Source of the DNA: Paraphysomonas bandaiensis
Taxonomy: Eukaryota; Protista; Chrysophyceae
Assembly (NCBI GenBank): GCA_965644295.1
Contig: CBFFRP010000350.1
Location: forward strand, 1-33,803
Length of the DNA: 33,803 bases
Direction: 5' to 3'
The position numbers and the translations under genes are program-made. Under the pieces are notes generated by a model. It did no database searches. It saw only the letters and a program-made list of their open reading frames with translations, and had not been told where the DNA came from. This document shows positions 1-10,898 of this stretch, in pieces (the stretch's first letter is position 1; every line of letters starts with the position of its first letter).

Positions 1-417
1 CACAAACCTGACTCAGTTAGTTTAAACTTCAGATATTTTGTTTAGTACTTTTAGCTATACACTCTCCACTTAACAGTCAATGTTCATTCTTCAAAACCAT
101 ATTAGGTGTGCATATACGGTTAAGCGCTATGTACTATATACTAGGTTCTAGGTTCACCACTATAAAATATAAAGCTATACATATATATAGAGACTGAGCA
201 ATATCTAGATACCACCACGCTGCCACTCTTACTTGGTGTGTGAAATGGTAACTGCAAAGACATACTGATTTGCAATACTCATGACAATACTACAAAAAAA
301 AAGTGACGACGTGAATTAACTTTCTCGTATTGCCATCTGCACCATGAAAATATTTATAATGATTACATATTAGAAATTAATGCGTCAATAATGAATCAAT
401 AAATTATAACAAACTCT

Positions 418-762
418 TCAGTGTCCCAGTCCCTTTACATCACTCGTTGAGGTAGAGAGTAACTCATTTAACTCTACGTCGCACTTGGCCTCTAACTCGC
501 ACAGGCTCCTCTCTAGTTCCTCTATCTGCTGTATTGTGTCATTTTGCCTCTCAGAGAGAGAGTTTATCTCTAGTTCCTGATCTTCAGGTGTTCGATTAGC
601 TCCTTTAAGGTTATCGATAGTTTTACATATGGACTCTAACTGATTCGTCACCTCTGCAGACATGAGTTCGCTATCGCTCTGTGCTCCTCTGTAATGAACA
701 GCCTCGAACACTGCACGCATTAGTGAGTCGAATCCATCCTGAACATCGTCTACGCTCGACAT
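418..762 (-). CDS. Mediator subunit Med21 (Srb7)-like protein
   Basis: Intronless 114-aa helical ORF, ATG at 762. The segments VDDVQDGFDSLMRAVFEAVHY and IDNLKGANRTPEDQELEINSL resemble yeast Med21 ([21 protein letters not shown]), followed by a coiled coil. Recognised from memory. Confidence 0.55.
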   Translation of the reverse strand: MSSVDDVQDGFDSLMRAVFEAVHYRGAQSDSELMSAEVTNQLESICKTIDNLKGANRTPEDQELEINSLSERQNDTIQQIEELERSLCELEAKCDVELNELLSTSTSDVKGLGH

Positions 763-1234
763 CACACTATACGCCTAGTGGCATGAGATTGTGCTGGTGA
801 TAGAGTGCTATATGTAGCTATATGTACATATATATGGGGGGCTTATGTATGTGACTTCCATATACATACATACTCCTATGGACGTGCAGTATGTAGTAGC
901 GGTATACACTGCTGTATATCGTGTACAAAATACTGCGGTAGACCAACTGAGTTTTCAGTTCAGTACTTTATTGGGCGACCATTTAAGATTCCCAAGCTTC
1001 AATCTGGTACTCCTCCTGTCTGATCTTGTCACTGCGATATGTATGTCGGTATGATGGTATTTTATATGTATGTATGTCTGTGTACACATATCTCTGTTAG
1101 GCTGTGTATGCATACATATACTGCAGTGTATGTGTGTAAAAACTTGTCGAGGCTTTGTGCCCCTCTTAACATACTGCAAATATTGATCGTGGTGCAATAA
1201 GCTTCCAGATCGATTAAGAGCTGCTATTTTTATA

Positions 1235-2501
1235 ATGTCAGACGAGGAAAATGAAGTAGAGGAGGTCACTAGTCTCAGTGCTCTTATATGTTGTGGTTAT
1301 GTTTTGTTTTCGATATGCAGATCACTGATGAAGAGAAGCTTCAAATTGCACAGCACTTTCTACTCTCAAGCCCGCCCGGACAATTTCAAGAAATATTATC
1401 TGGTCTCGAAATGCAATTATTTGTTTTATACAGCTTATGTTGTGTGGGTAGATGTGAGAAAACTGCTCCCTGACGGGCTTCTTGGGGAACCACTAGCTGC
1501 AGGAATCGCAAGAGCTTACAATACGAAAACGAACAAGGTGGTCTCAGCACCCAGTGGAAACAAGGTTTCTAATATATATGTTTCGATATGTTGTCATGAT
1601 ACATTACGCTTTAAATATAAGGTTGTGCTCGCTTCAGCTGGCGAAATTGACCCCACACATTATGTGGACTCCAAGACTGGTGCCCCATTTGCCGTAGATC
1701 ATTTGTCTTTGGTACGATATATATTGTCATTATTATACACTTTTTTGTAATGTTCTTGTTCATGTAACAGACAACTCTGGAGGACTCGTCCCCCTCGAAT
1801 CAAGACAGTTCTAGGGAAGGTGAACGCGCTGCCCTGCAGTCAGCGCTTGACGATTACGTCGCGTCAAGGTATACATACTAGCGAGACGGTGATGTGTTGC
1901 TAATCTGGAAACATTACAGGTTTGTGACAGAGACTGCAGCAGCCGGGGTATTTTGCCGTGACGGGAACATAATTGCTGTCGTTTCTGGTGAGAGGCCGAA
2001 TTTGAGAAACTTCTGGAGTGGCAAGTGGACCTCATCATGGAATATTACCTTCAGCCCAGGGCAGGCAACCATTAGTGGTGACATTAAGGTATAAATAGTG
2101 CTCTTTGAAATTTTAGTTTATTTCGTGCAAGTACAATCTTCGTTCGAAGTCTAACTCCTACATATAGGTCCATGCGCATTATTTCGAGGATGGCAATGTC
2201 CAGTTGCAAACGACTAAGCAGGCCCCAAGCACAAGCTTCACGTACTCCTCTGAGGGTGAATTTGCCTCTCAAATTGTTTCCCATATCAATGTAAGTATGG
2301 AAAGCATGTGTTATTTTATAGTTTTTATAATCTGAGGAACTACAGGCGTCAGAGGGTGATCTACAGGGTGGCCTAGAAGATATGTATGCCAACATGAACG
2401 ACGAGACCTTCCGAGCTATGAGAAGAATCATGCCTGTGAAGAGAACAAAGATGGAGTGGAATGTCAATTCAGTGCGCATGAATAGACAAGTTAGAAAGTG
2501 A
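1235..2501 (+). CDS. CAPZA: F-actin capping protein alpha subunit (8 exons)
   Basis: Exons ~1235-1264, 1321-1402, 1452-1564, 1622-1711, 1771-1868, 1920-2088, 2168-2290, 2346-2501, all GT-AG. Motifs EKLQIAQHFLLSSPPGQFQEILSDVRKLL, NFWSGKWTSSW, VHAHYFEDGNVQL, TFRAMRRIMPVKRTKMEW. Confidence 0.95.
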
Positions 2502-3116
2502 ATGCAAGTGTGTGAACGGCAGCTATTCCTATTCTAGCATTGCTATGTTTCTTTGACCAATTAAATATAACAAAAAAGTGGTGGAAATAATCGGAGAGCG
2601 TTTTTTCTCGATAACTATAAAGCATAGTGCCAAACATAGGTAACTTACACCTCACTCATGAAGTATGAATTCAGGTTTCAGGTTATAATACATGAAGTAG
2701 CAGAGTGCTATTATGACTCGTAAATAGTTCTTTCCAGCTAAAATGAGTATTGTCTGTGGCAAATGTAAGTTATATGTAAGTATGTGGTACTTAATTTACG
2801 TACCTTAAAGTAGAGAGTAAATACTATAGCTAACTACTTACTATATAAAATATCCGTGTGGTGGTTAATAAAAAAATGGCTTACTTCACCTATATGACTC
2901 ATTCAATTCAAAAAAGCTTCAAGAATAGGAGAAAAATAATCGGCTTTACAAATCAAGACTACAGAGTTATAACTTACGAATATATAACACTATCTCCAAC
3001 GCAACAAAACAAAAAAATTGCCATATTAGACGGATTGAAATATAAGCATTATATCTCTCACACATTTCACAACAATCAAGCTGCAATATACATATAAAGC
3101 TCAAACACTGATAGGT

Positions 3117-3581
3117 TCAGCACAGTGGGTCTGAATCGATCCCTCCGAATTGCGCCTTTTGACTATCTTGACCGGGTTCTGAAGTAGCCGCAGTAGAATC
3201 TCCATATAAGCATGACACCGCGCGCACTGCCTGCATCCATTCAATAATTTGCTCTTCACTTTCAGCCAGAAGTTTTAGACAGCGTCCAGAGTCAGATTTT
3301 AATACTTCTGTTGCTATTTCGAAGCATAACTCACCTTGATCCGTCACCTGATACACTTCTGCATCACGACAGTTCAGTGAACCCTTCGGTTTCATCATCA
3401 TTTCATCTTCATAATAGTTTAAAACTCCATCCACAGATAGTACAAAAAATCTGCGCTTCCAAGACTTCCAACTGCCTCCTTGTTTCGTTAGGAACCCCTT
3501 CAGCAGCACATCACAATAATCTATCTTAGGGATATCTCCGTTTTTAAATAAACTCGATTTGGGAGGTGAAGGAGAGCTCAT
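3117..3581 (-). CDS. small PH-domain protein
   Basis: LLKGFLTKQGGSWKSWKRRFFVL...LNYY...PKGSL...FEI...LLAESEEQIIEWMQAVRAV is a canonical PH domain with a basic beta1-beta2 loop. Confidence 0.9.
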   Translation of the reverse strand: MSSPSPPKSSLFKNGDIPKIDYCDVLLKGFLTKQGGSWKSWKRRFFVLSVDGVLNYYEDEMMMKPKGSLNCRDAEVYQVTDQGELCFEIATEVLKSDSGRCLKLLAESEEQIIEWMQAVRAVSCLYGDSTAATSEPGQDSQKAQFGGIDSDPLC

Positions 3582-4284
3582 TAAATCGCGACGATGAAAA
3601 AGTTAGCGCCAGTTTATGAACCTGGACGCTGACTTAAGTGCTACAGAAGTTTGCTCGCATCGCATCAGTGTCATGATGCAAACAGTGTACTGAGGAATAC
3701 AGACACCACACTGGCGTATGATATTTCGTAACTGTATTCGGTATTCCACAGTATTACCACGACTCTCAGTGTTGAATATCAACATAACGTATACTTCTCT
3801 ATACTGATTTTACTGAAATTTAAGATCAAAAATCGGGATATTGGCATGTAGTATCTCATAAAATACTCATTTGTCCACCTACAGCATGAAGAAAACTCCA
3901 GTTTTTTCCGACGCCGTGTTGCAAGCACAGATCTTCAAAATCGCTGTTGATGGGTGATGTTTTCCTCCTGTGTAATTCTAATCACACAATCCAATAAAAA
4001 CTGGGGTTTCCAATTACACACTTCGGTGGGTTTTTCCTGTCCGGAATATTGTATACAGCCCCCTACGCTGCTGTACAGCTGTGTATACCGCAATATATGA
4101 CAGCTGCAGGTTTGACGGTTAGGATGCATGGGGTGGTAGGTGGCCAATACGATCGCCTGGGCATCAATTATTCCTTCAACTGACCAACTGAAAGATGCCC
4201 TGGCTATCGTTACATTCTGCTTACATCAAAGTCTTCTGGATTATGAGGGCCAATCATTGATCTTCTCTATCTGTGCAGTTAACC

Positions 4285-7200
4285 ATGCAAAACCCCTTCA
4301 ACGACATTATTGTTAGTACAGCACCATCAGGTGTAGACTTATGCAGAACACCGTCCTCTCTCGTCAAGTTAGAGAGCCCCCGAAAGGAATTGGTGTGTAA
4401 GCGAGTGATTTCGACTGAAACGACATGCAGAACCCCAACTCGCCCACCACAGCAGGAAGTAATGCGTGAGTCTTCTGCTGCAGTGTCGGCTCAAGATGTC
4501 ACCGAGTCCCCAAACACCATTGCTTCTGAGGGTAACGCTCCTCTTAATATAGATTTGGTTCTCACACAAATTTGTGCGTTGGAAATACAAAATCTCAAAA
4601 TTCAGAGGTGTTTGGGACACCTTTGCATTGAATCCTTGAATGAGCGCGCGTTGCAATTAGAGCGGCAGAATAGATCACTGTTAGACACCATTAGAAATCA
4701 TAATCCAGACATTGAAATCCACTCCTGTAGTGACGAAAACAATAAAGTTGGATACGTCAATATTGATTTTGGGAGCGATGGAGGCTTAGAACTAGAATGT
4801 TTCGGAATTACGGAGATAAAACACATTTTTAGAGAAAACAGTTCAAATATGAAAATCTCATCGAAATGCAGGCCGCCATCATTTGGTGAACATTCTACAC
4901 ATTCTGTAGAACCGCATCGGAAAAGTATACGGCAATCTATTGGGGCTGGGCGATTTTCACTGGCGAATAGAGTTTCTCTTGACTGGACAGACAAAGACGG
5001 AGCTCGACGGAGCTTTCTTCCTCCCGCCTATGATAGTTATGTAGGTTCCCAAAGACAGAGCATCGATATTGCCATCAATTCCATGAGGCTCAGTATTAAT
5101 CAACCTCTACAAGACGCCGATATAAACTGTAACTTTATGGAGTTCTGCATTGTGGGTGTGAAGCGTGAAGTTCTCACGGGACTTGAAAAGCCACAGATGG
5201 GATCGACACAACCAGCTGCTATTCTGGACAACTTTCCCAGACAAAATCAACCATTTATTGACTGCATAGCGGATTTTGCATTTCCTGCAGGAGTTTTTCT
5301 GCATATGACAGAGTCGAAACGATATGCTGAACTTTTGTGCAGGAAGCGACGGGATCAATACACTGTTCTCCAATTTTCTGACTCGTTCGGCACCCCCACT
5401 TATGCATGTTGTCTAATAGTGACTGATGCAATACCACTACATAGAGAGCGACACGCGAATACGATTGCAGCCTTGTCTTATTTGGAACGTCTTGAACGTT
5501 GTGCCTATGTTGTGAAACGATTCATGCGATTCGCTGTGCGAAAATGTCGCTCTATGTACCGCCGCGAAATAACCAATAAAGCTGGAGCGATAGTGGGATA
5601 TGTGTCGGTTAAACCTCCACTTTCTGACAACACCAACACAGACGGCTCTTGTTCTCACGGGAAGCAAGTAGGTGTAATTGAACGATCGAAGAGTGCTAAA
5701 TTCGGCGCAACGTTATCGAAGCTTAAGGACACAGTTCAATCCCGACTACACAAGGACAAATCTCCGAAATCACCGAAAAAGACTCATAAGTACTTTGAGA
5801 GAGCCCTAGACATCATGGACGGTGATAGTGATGTGTCAGAATCATTGTCAGAGTCGAATGCGTCGTTCTCCGGGTCAGTCCACTTCAATTCTTCAGGACG
5901 GAATTCCGCATCAAAATTGCCAAAGAGACACTCTGGAAGGGCGACTGTGCAGTATGTCGTTACCCAACGCGCATACTGTATTTTAAGTGCGCAGCCCATG
6001 CACTCTAAATTATTCCAGGTACATTCCTCTGAATATGGCTACTAATCTGTGTATGATTACCTATATGTTGGTAGATACTTGAGGAGATTGCGAAACGTGA
6101 GAGTAAACAGTGCAACGCATTAATGTGGTGTAATGATGGAATTGAGTCACGATTCAGCTGTGAGAGTTCAATATCTAGTCTGAGTGCAATGAGTTGGGAG
6201 GGTTGCAATAGACCGCTGCCATCTGTCACCGAGGAAGCGGATTCGAATCGCCTGCATCGCCTGTCATCAGGAATGAGCTCCATATCCCTAGCGGGGCTCT
6301 GCCAAGGCCCAGACTATGGAGTAGGAGGGGAGTGTTTTACTGAAGAACACAGGTCCTGCCGCAGGAAGTTTCTCGAATATGTTCAACACCATCCCATGAT
6401 TACCGGTGTGATTAATAAGGAAATTAGACTTTCGTTTCCGTCATACCTTGAGAGAAAGATTATACTACCTTCGGAGTCGGTTACTATGGAGGTATATGAA
6501 CTGATATGTATGCACCAGAACTCACATATTCATGCATGTGTAGGAATGGGCCAGTGCGGTTGTCTTATCTATAATGAATCCCTCCACGATAATAAGCGTG
6601 CTCAACCTTCTCGTGCTAGAGAAATCATTAATAGTTTTTGGAACTAATGTTAGTATGGTGACAGCTGTTGCCACTGCTGTCGTTGGGTATCTAGCACCTT
6701 TTACGTGGCAGGGAGTTTTTGTTCCGTTAGTCCCTGCGAATGCAGTTGAAATACTTCAAGCTCCCGTTCCTTTTGTTGTGGGTACTTGTTGTGACTTTGA
6801 ACTGTCTACTGTTGCCAATTCAGCTGCTGTTTTAAACCTAGACAAAATTCTTGATTTTAATGAAGCCCACTCAAAATGTGACAAAGTGCTAACCATGCCT
6901 GATATATCTGTGATGATGCCACTAGACCAGGAGTTACGAGCAACTCTCAATAACGCCGCGAAAGTGTTCTCATCTAGGTTAGCAGACGACAAGAAAAATC
7001 TCCAACTCTCCTCTTTTCTTTATGACATTAGTTTGACGGAGAAGTCAATACTGAAAGAGGTACGGGAGGTCATTGAACAACACAATCAGATGTTTTGTGG
7101 CGATTTGGTCGTTGCCGATGGTTGGCGTAAGTACGGGTATGTAAAAATGGATATCTACTTATTTTGATGACTAATATTGTATTGCAGTACCTACGATCCG

Positions 7201-7499
7201 TCGACAGGTGATTTTGATTTCTACCCACAATGGTTTCTTGATCACCAGCGTTCTATTTTGGAATTCCAAGACAGTGTGGTTCATACTCAACTCTTTGCGT
7301 CATATGTTGACAAACTCAGAAATGAATACATTGAGAAAAACTCGCAAAGGTCTTTTCTGTTGTTTATTAAATATTTGTTTTTGATGTGGTATGTATCAGA
7401 CTATTCTTAGCAGAATGGATATACTTTCGGTACTTGCAAAAGAAAAAACGAAATGGTCTTATTCCAGCCCATAGTGCAGTGAGGCAAAGAAGTATGTAG
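4285..7499 (+). CDS. DENN-domain protein (putative Rab GEF), 5 exons
   Basis: Exons ~4285-6018, 6075-6491, 6544-7136, 7188-7349, 7400-7499. uDENN: FMEFCIVG..ILDNFP..IADFAFPAG..YACCL. cDENN: RAYCILS, LLVLEKSLIV, YLAPFTWQGVFVPLVP..ILQAPVPFVVG. dDENN: VHTQLFASYVD. Confidence 0.88.
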
Positions 7500-8383
7500 T
7501 TGATTGGTTTCATTTCACATTATTGTGGACTGTTGAGTTCTAAATTATATCTATGTAGTGTATGTCTTTTATTATTTATAGCACAAAATAATGGTCTCGA
7601 TGATCGAAACATATCACGCAATGTCGATTATATATATCGTTTTTATGCGTGGTAATTTATGTCTTGTTGGGCACTTCACGTTGGTTGCTTTGGTAACCTA
7701 GTAAGGAGTGCAGTCGATTACTATTGATGAAGATTGTTGTCATTTTAACGTATTAGAGTTTGTCAGAGTAACGAAAACCGAAATTATAGAACAGAATTAT
7801 CCATACATTACATTCTATATTATGATTTCACAGAGAGTCCTAATGTTCAATCGTATATAATTAGCAAAGTCGTATACTAAGGTGTTAAACAATAAATTAA
7901 TCGCTTAAATTATGCAAAATAATCAGTTTAGTATATTGTATATTGACTTTTGGTCATTATTTACAGTTAGATCGTTAAAGAAAAGTTAAGTAATCAGACT
8001 AGTCCTAGATAGATTTATTATTATTGCTCATACAATTGTGTCATTGCGTATAAAACACGTCACCAACGTAATTTCATCATTCTGATAGCAACCACAGATA
8101 AACTTCCGTATCTTGAATCGCTATGATCCTATTTTACTTCTCACGAGTCGTATTACCGTTTAGCGTATACTACAGTTCTATTTTAAAACTACATACGTGT
8201 TACAACACTCCCATTCAACGAAGAAACGAGTAATCGTCAGTATACTTCAGCCAATCATCTCTTCTAAATGTAGGCATATTATACAAAAAATGAATGTGAA
8301 ATCTTCATAATGCATAGTGATACTGTGTACCCCACACTAACTACTGTACCACAGTCATGCGATTATTTGTTTTAGTTGCCTTG

Positions 8384-9262
8384 TTATGATGGTTAGGATA
8401 CATGTTAAGATAGTGTGTTTACAGTGTGAAGTGTGGTGGTTGCGTGGTATACGGGGTCGTATTTCGTATATATGCGGTATTGTTGTGATTATTGTTGTGC
8501 GTTGTTACTATACACTGTACTGTGTATGTATGATGGTGTAGGAGAAGTGCAACGGGAAGAAGAATTTCGTCGACATTCGTGGCGAAATATCCAACGACGA
8601 CCCGGAGGCGGAGGAAGAGATACCACGAAAGCTCACGAGCAGGGTAAGTAATACTGTTCATAAAGATGGTGACGGGGTCGTATTTTGTATATATGCGGTA
8701 TTGTTCTGGTTATTGTTGTGCGTTGTTACTATACACTCTGTACTAACTGCTTATGATCCTCCACCTACTAGTAATGTGCCTCCAGCGGCTGTTGCCGCGT
8801 CGTTTCCGAGCATAGGTACTAATACTACTGTAAGTAGTAGTGGTAAAGATAGCTATATGCTTATGCAATGTATTCAAAATCAGGCTATTCGGTTGGAGCG
8901 TTTGAAGTCTCAAGCGAAGCAGATGTAGCTATATGAGAATATGATATTACAAAACACAAGTAATAATAGCAGGGCCAACTTTTAACGCAATAAATACTGC
9001 TAATAACAACTATACTTGCGACTTTTTCTTTATCTTTAACCTCTCAGATACAAATTACAGTAAAATAATAACTCAATACTTATATATGAAACCTGGTGAA
9101 ATTGCTTTACCAGATTTCGGTATTACCTCGACTTATGATGGTTAGGATGCATGCCGAGAGAATGTATTTATATTGTATCGTGTGGTGGTTGTGTTGTTAT
9201 GATGGCTATGTTGCATACCGAGAGAGTGTGTGTTAAAAATGTGACGCGTGGCGGTTGCGTTG
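8384..9262. repeat. degenerate ~64-nt repeat units plus a 66-nt direct repeat
   Basis: Units of TTATGATGG(T/C)TA..GTGTGGTGGTTG at ~8384, ~9133 and ~9197. Near-identical 66-nt direct repeat at 8451-8516 and 8672-8737. Confidence 0.8.
8542..8928 (+). pseudogene. orphan exon-like / decayed coding fragments
   Basis: TAG|102-nt open segment (EKCNGKKNFVDIRGEISNDDPEAEEEIPRKLTSR)|GTAAGT at 8542-8643, then a coding-looking stretch at ~8750-8928. No complete gene can be assembled. Confidence 0.3.
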
Positions 9263-9812
9263 TTATTGTTTGGATACACTGATGTTGATTCTTCAAACTT
9301 CTTGTAGCAAGCGGAAGTTTGCAGAATCGACTTTAGTGTATCCAAACTTTATGGTCCCAGTAATACTAGATGAATTGGCAGAACTATACGTTTTCGGAAG
9401 CCGATGGCAATGCTTTCATATAGGTCGTACGACTTCTAAATTGAATTCAACAGCTGATGAAAATGATGCTTTAAGCCAATCTACACTCTTGAAGTATCAC
9501 AGATATGGTTGGAAAAATATTGCCTTGTTATGATTTTTACCCTCAATGCTTTCAAAGAGTGAGCACATATCTGTTAGAACTTATTATATATATAGTGCTG
9601 AGTTCTACTGTATGATGCAATATAGATGGTGCAGTTGAAGTGAGTTAAGAGTATGAAATAGATGAAAGCACCACCTAGGTGAGCTTTAGCAGATTTGCAT
9701 GACCCTGGGCATCCAATACTTACGAATTACGTATTCTACTTTACTTAACTCGCTTAGAAATAAGGTAATACTATGCTATGCATACTGTAAATACATAAAC
9801 ATGAGTGCAGTA

Positions 9813-9830
9813 TAACCCTAACCCTAAACC
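9813..9830 (+). repeat. short interstitial telomere-like repeat
   Basis: TAACCCTAACCCTAAACC, i.e. TTAGGG/TTTAGGG type on the opposite strand. Confidence 0.5.
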
Positions 9831-10502
9831 ATATTCTTATATCCAGGAAAATTAGAAACTTTCACGCATTTTGTGATACAACGGGTCCTTTTGAGGACTA
9901 ATCTACAGCAGGACCTGGTAAGCATTAATGGTAATGGCATGTTTTCAAAGCACGATGAGTTGTTTAATCGATTGGAAACTGGAGATGTAACTATTACTGA
10001 TGGCCAAACGGAAAGAACCAATGCTTTTGTCAGCTTCAACCCCATTTTGTTCCAAGAAGAATTGTGTTTCCATATGATATAAGATGTGAAAACTATATGT
10101 GTGATCTGTGGTGGTAGTTTGGCGACCCTAGTAGAAATATAGAACTAGTAACGAAGGTAAAGCCTGCAGATCATTGTTCGAGGAAGACTTGCGGCGATCC
10201 GAAACTGCTATCTAGAGTTTATACTAAACAATCATACAGGCTCAATGATATATAGGCATATAGTCAGGTCTGTTTCATTGAGCACTCAAATGTAACCTAT
10301 GTGTGCGGTCTCATCTACTCGCATCACACAATCTCAATGAGCCGCATTTCTTCTATAGATAAGACAGCAGAGGTGTGCAACTCAGTGCCAGTTATTGTAT
10401 GATACATACAGCATATGAAGGGGCGTGTATGTTACATATGGCTGATTAGATATATGAGCGAGTGCTACTGCAGTGTATCCCATGTACAGCAGTATACAAC
10501 AT

Positions 10503-10650
10503 CGTATCGGCATCCTTCGTATATTTTTGTTCAAAGATGCCCCTAATATTGAGACAACAATTATCTGTATTCCAGCCGTAGTTTTATTGCAGGAATATGG
10601 AGTAATTTTGCTTCAAATATTTTCCGAAAAAGATGATGACTGCCGAGACG
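10503..10650 (+). mobile_element. MITE-like element family A, copy 1
   Basis: Terminal inverted repeat CGTATCGGCA...TGCCGAGACG, flanked by AT on both sides. Aligns along its length with the reverse complement of 21458-21607. Confidence 0.75.
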
Positions 10651-10898
10651 ATAATACCTACCAATATACAGATTTTCATACTTTTCTCTATGTTTAGAAA
10701 TTTAGACGAAATTTTCTCTATTTTTCTGTGTGTGTTTCCGCCTCTTGTCTGCGTATCTTTCTTTTTTTTTTCCGTTCCGGGGATCGTGAAGCAGGAGGAT
10801 TCTTCCATCACACACAGTAATATACATATGCATGATCAGGGTATATCAGAGTCCTATTGTCGTATTGTTATCTATCCACACAACTAACTCGAACAGCC

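Noticed and set aside
8384-9262. CRISPR-like array
   Set aside because: The units are long, degenerate and irregularly spaced, the context is eukaryotic, and there are no cas genes.
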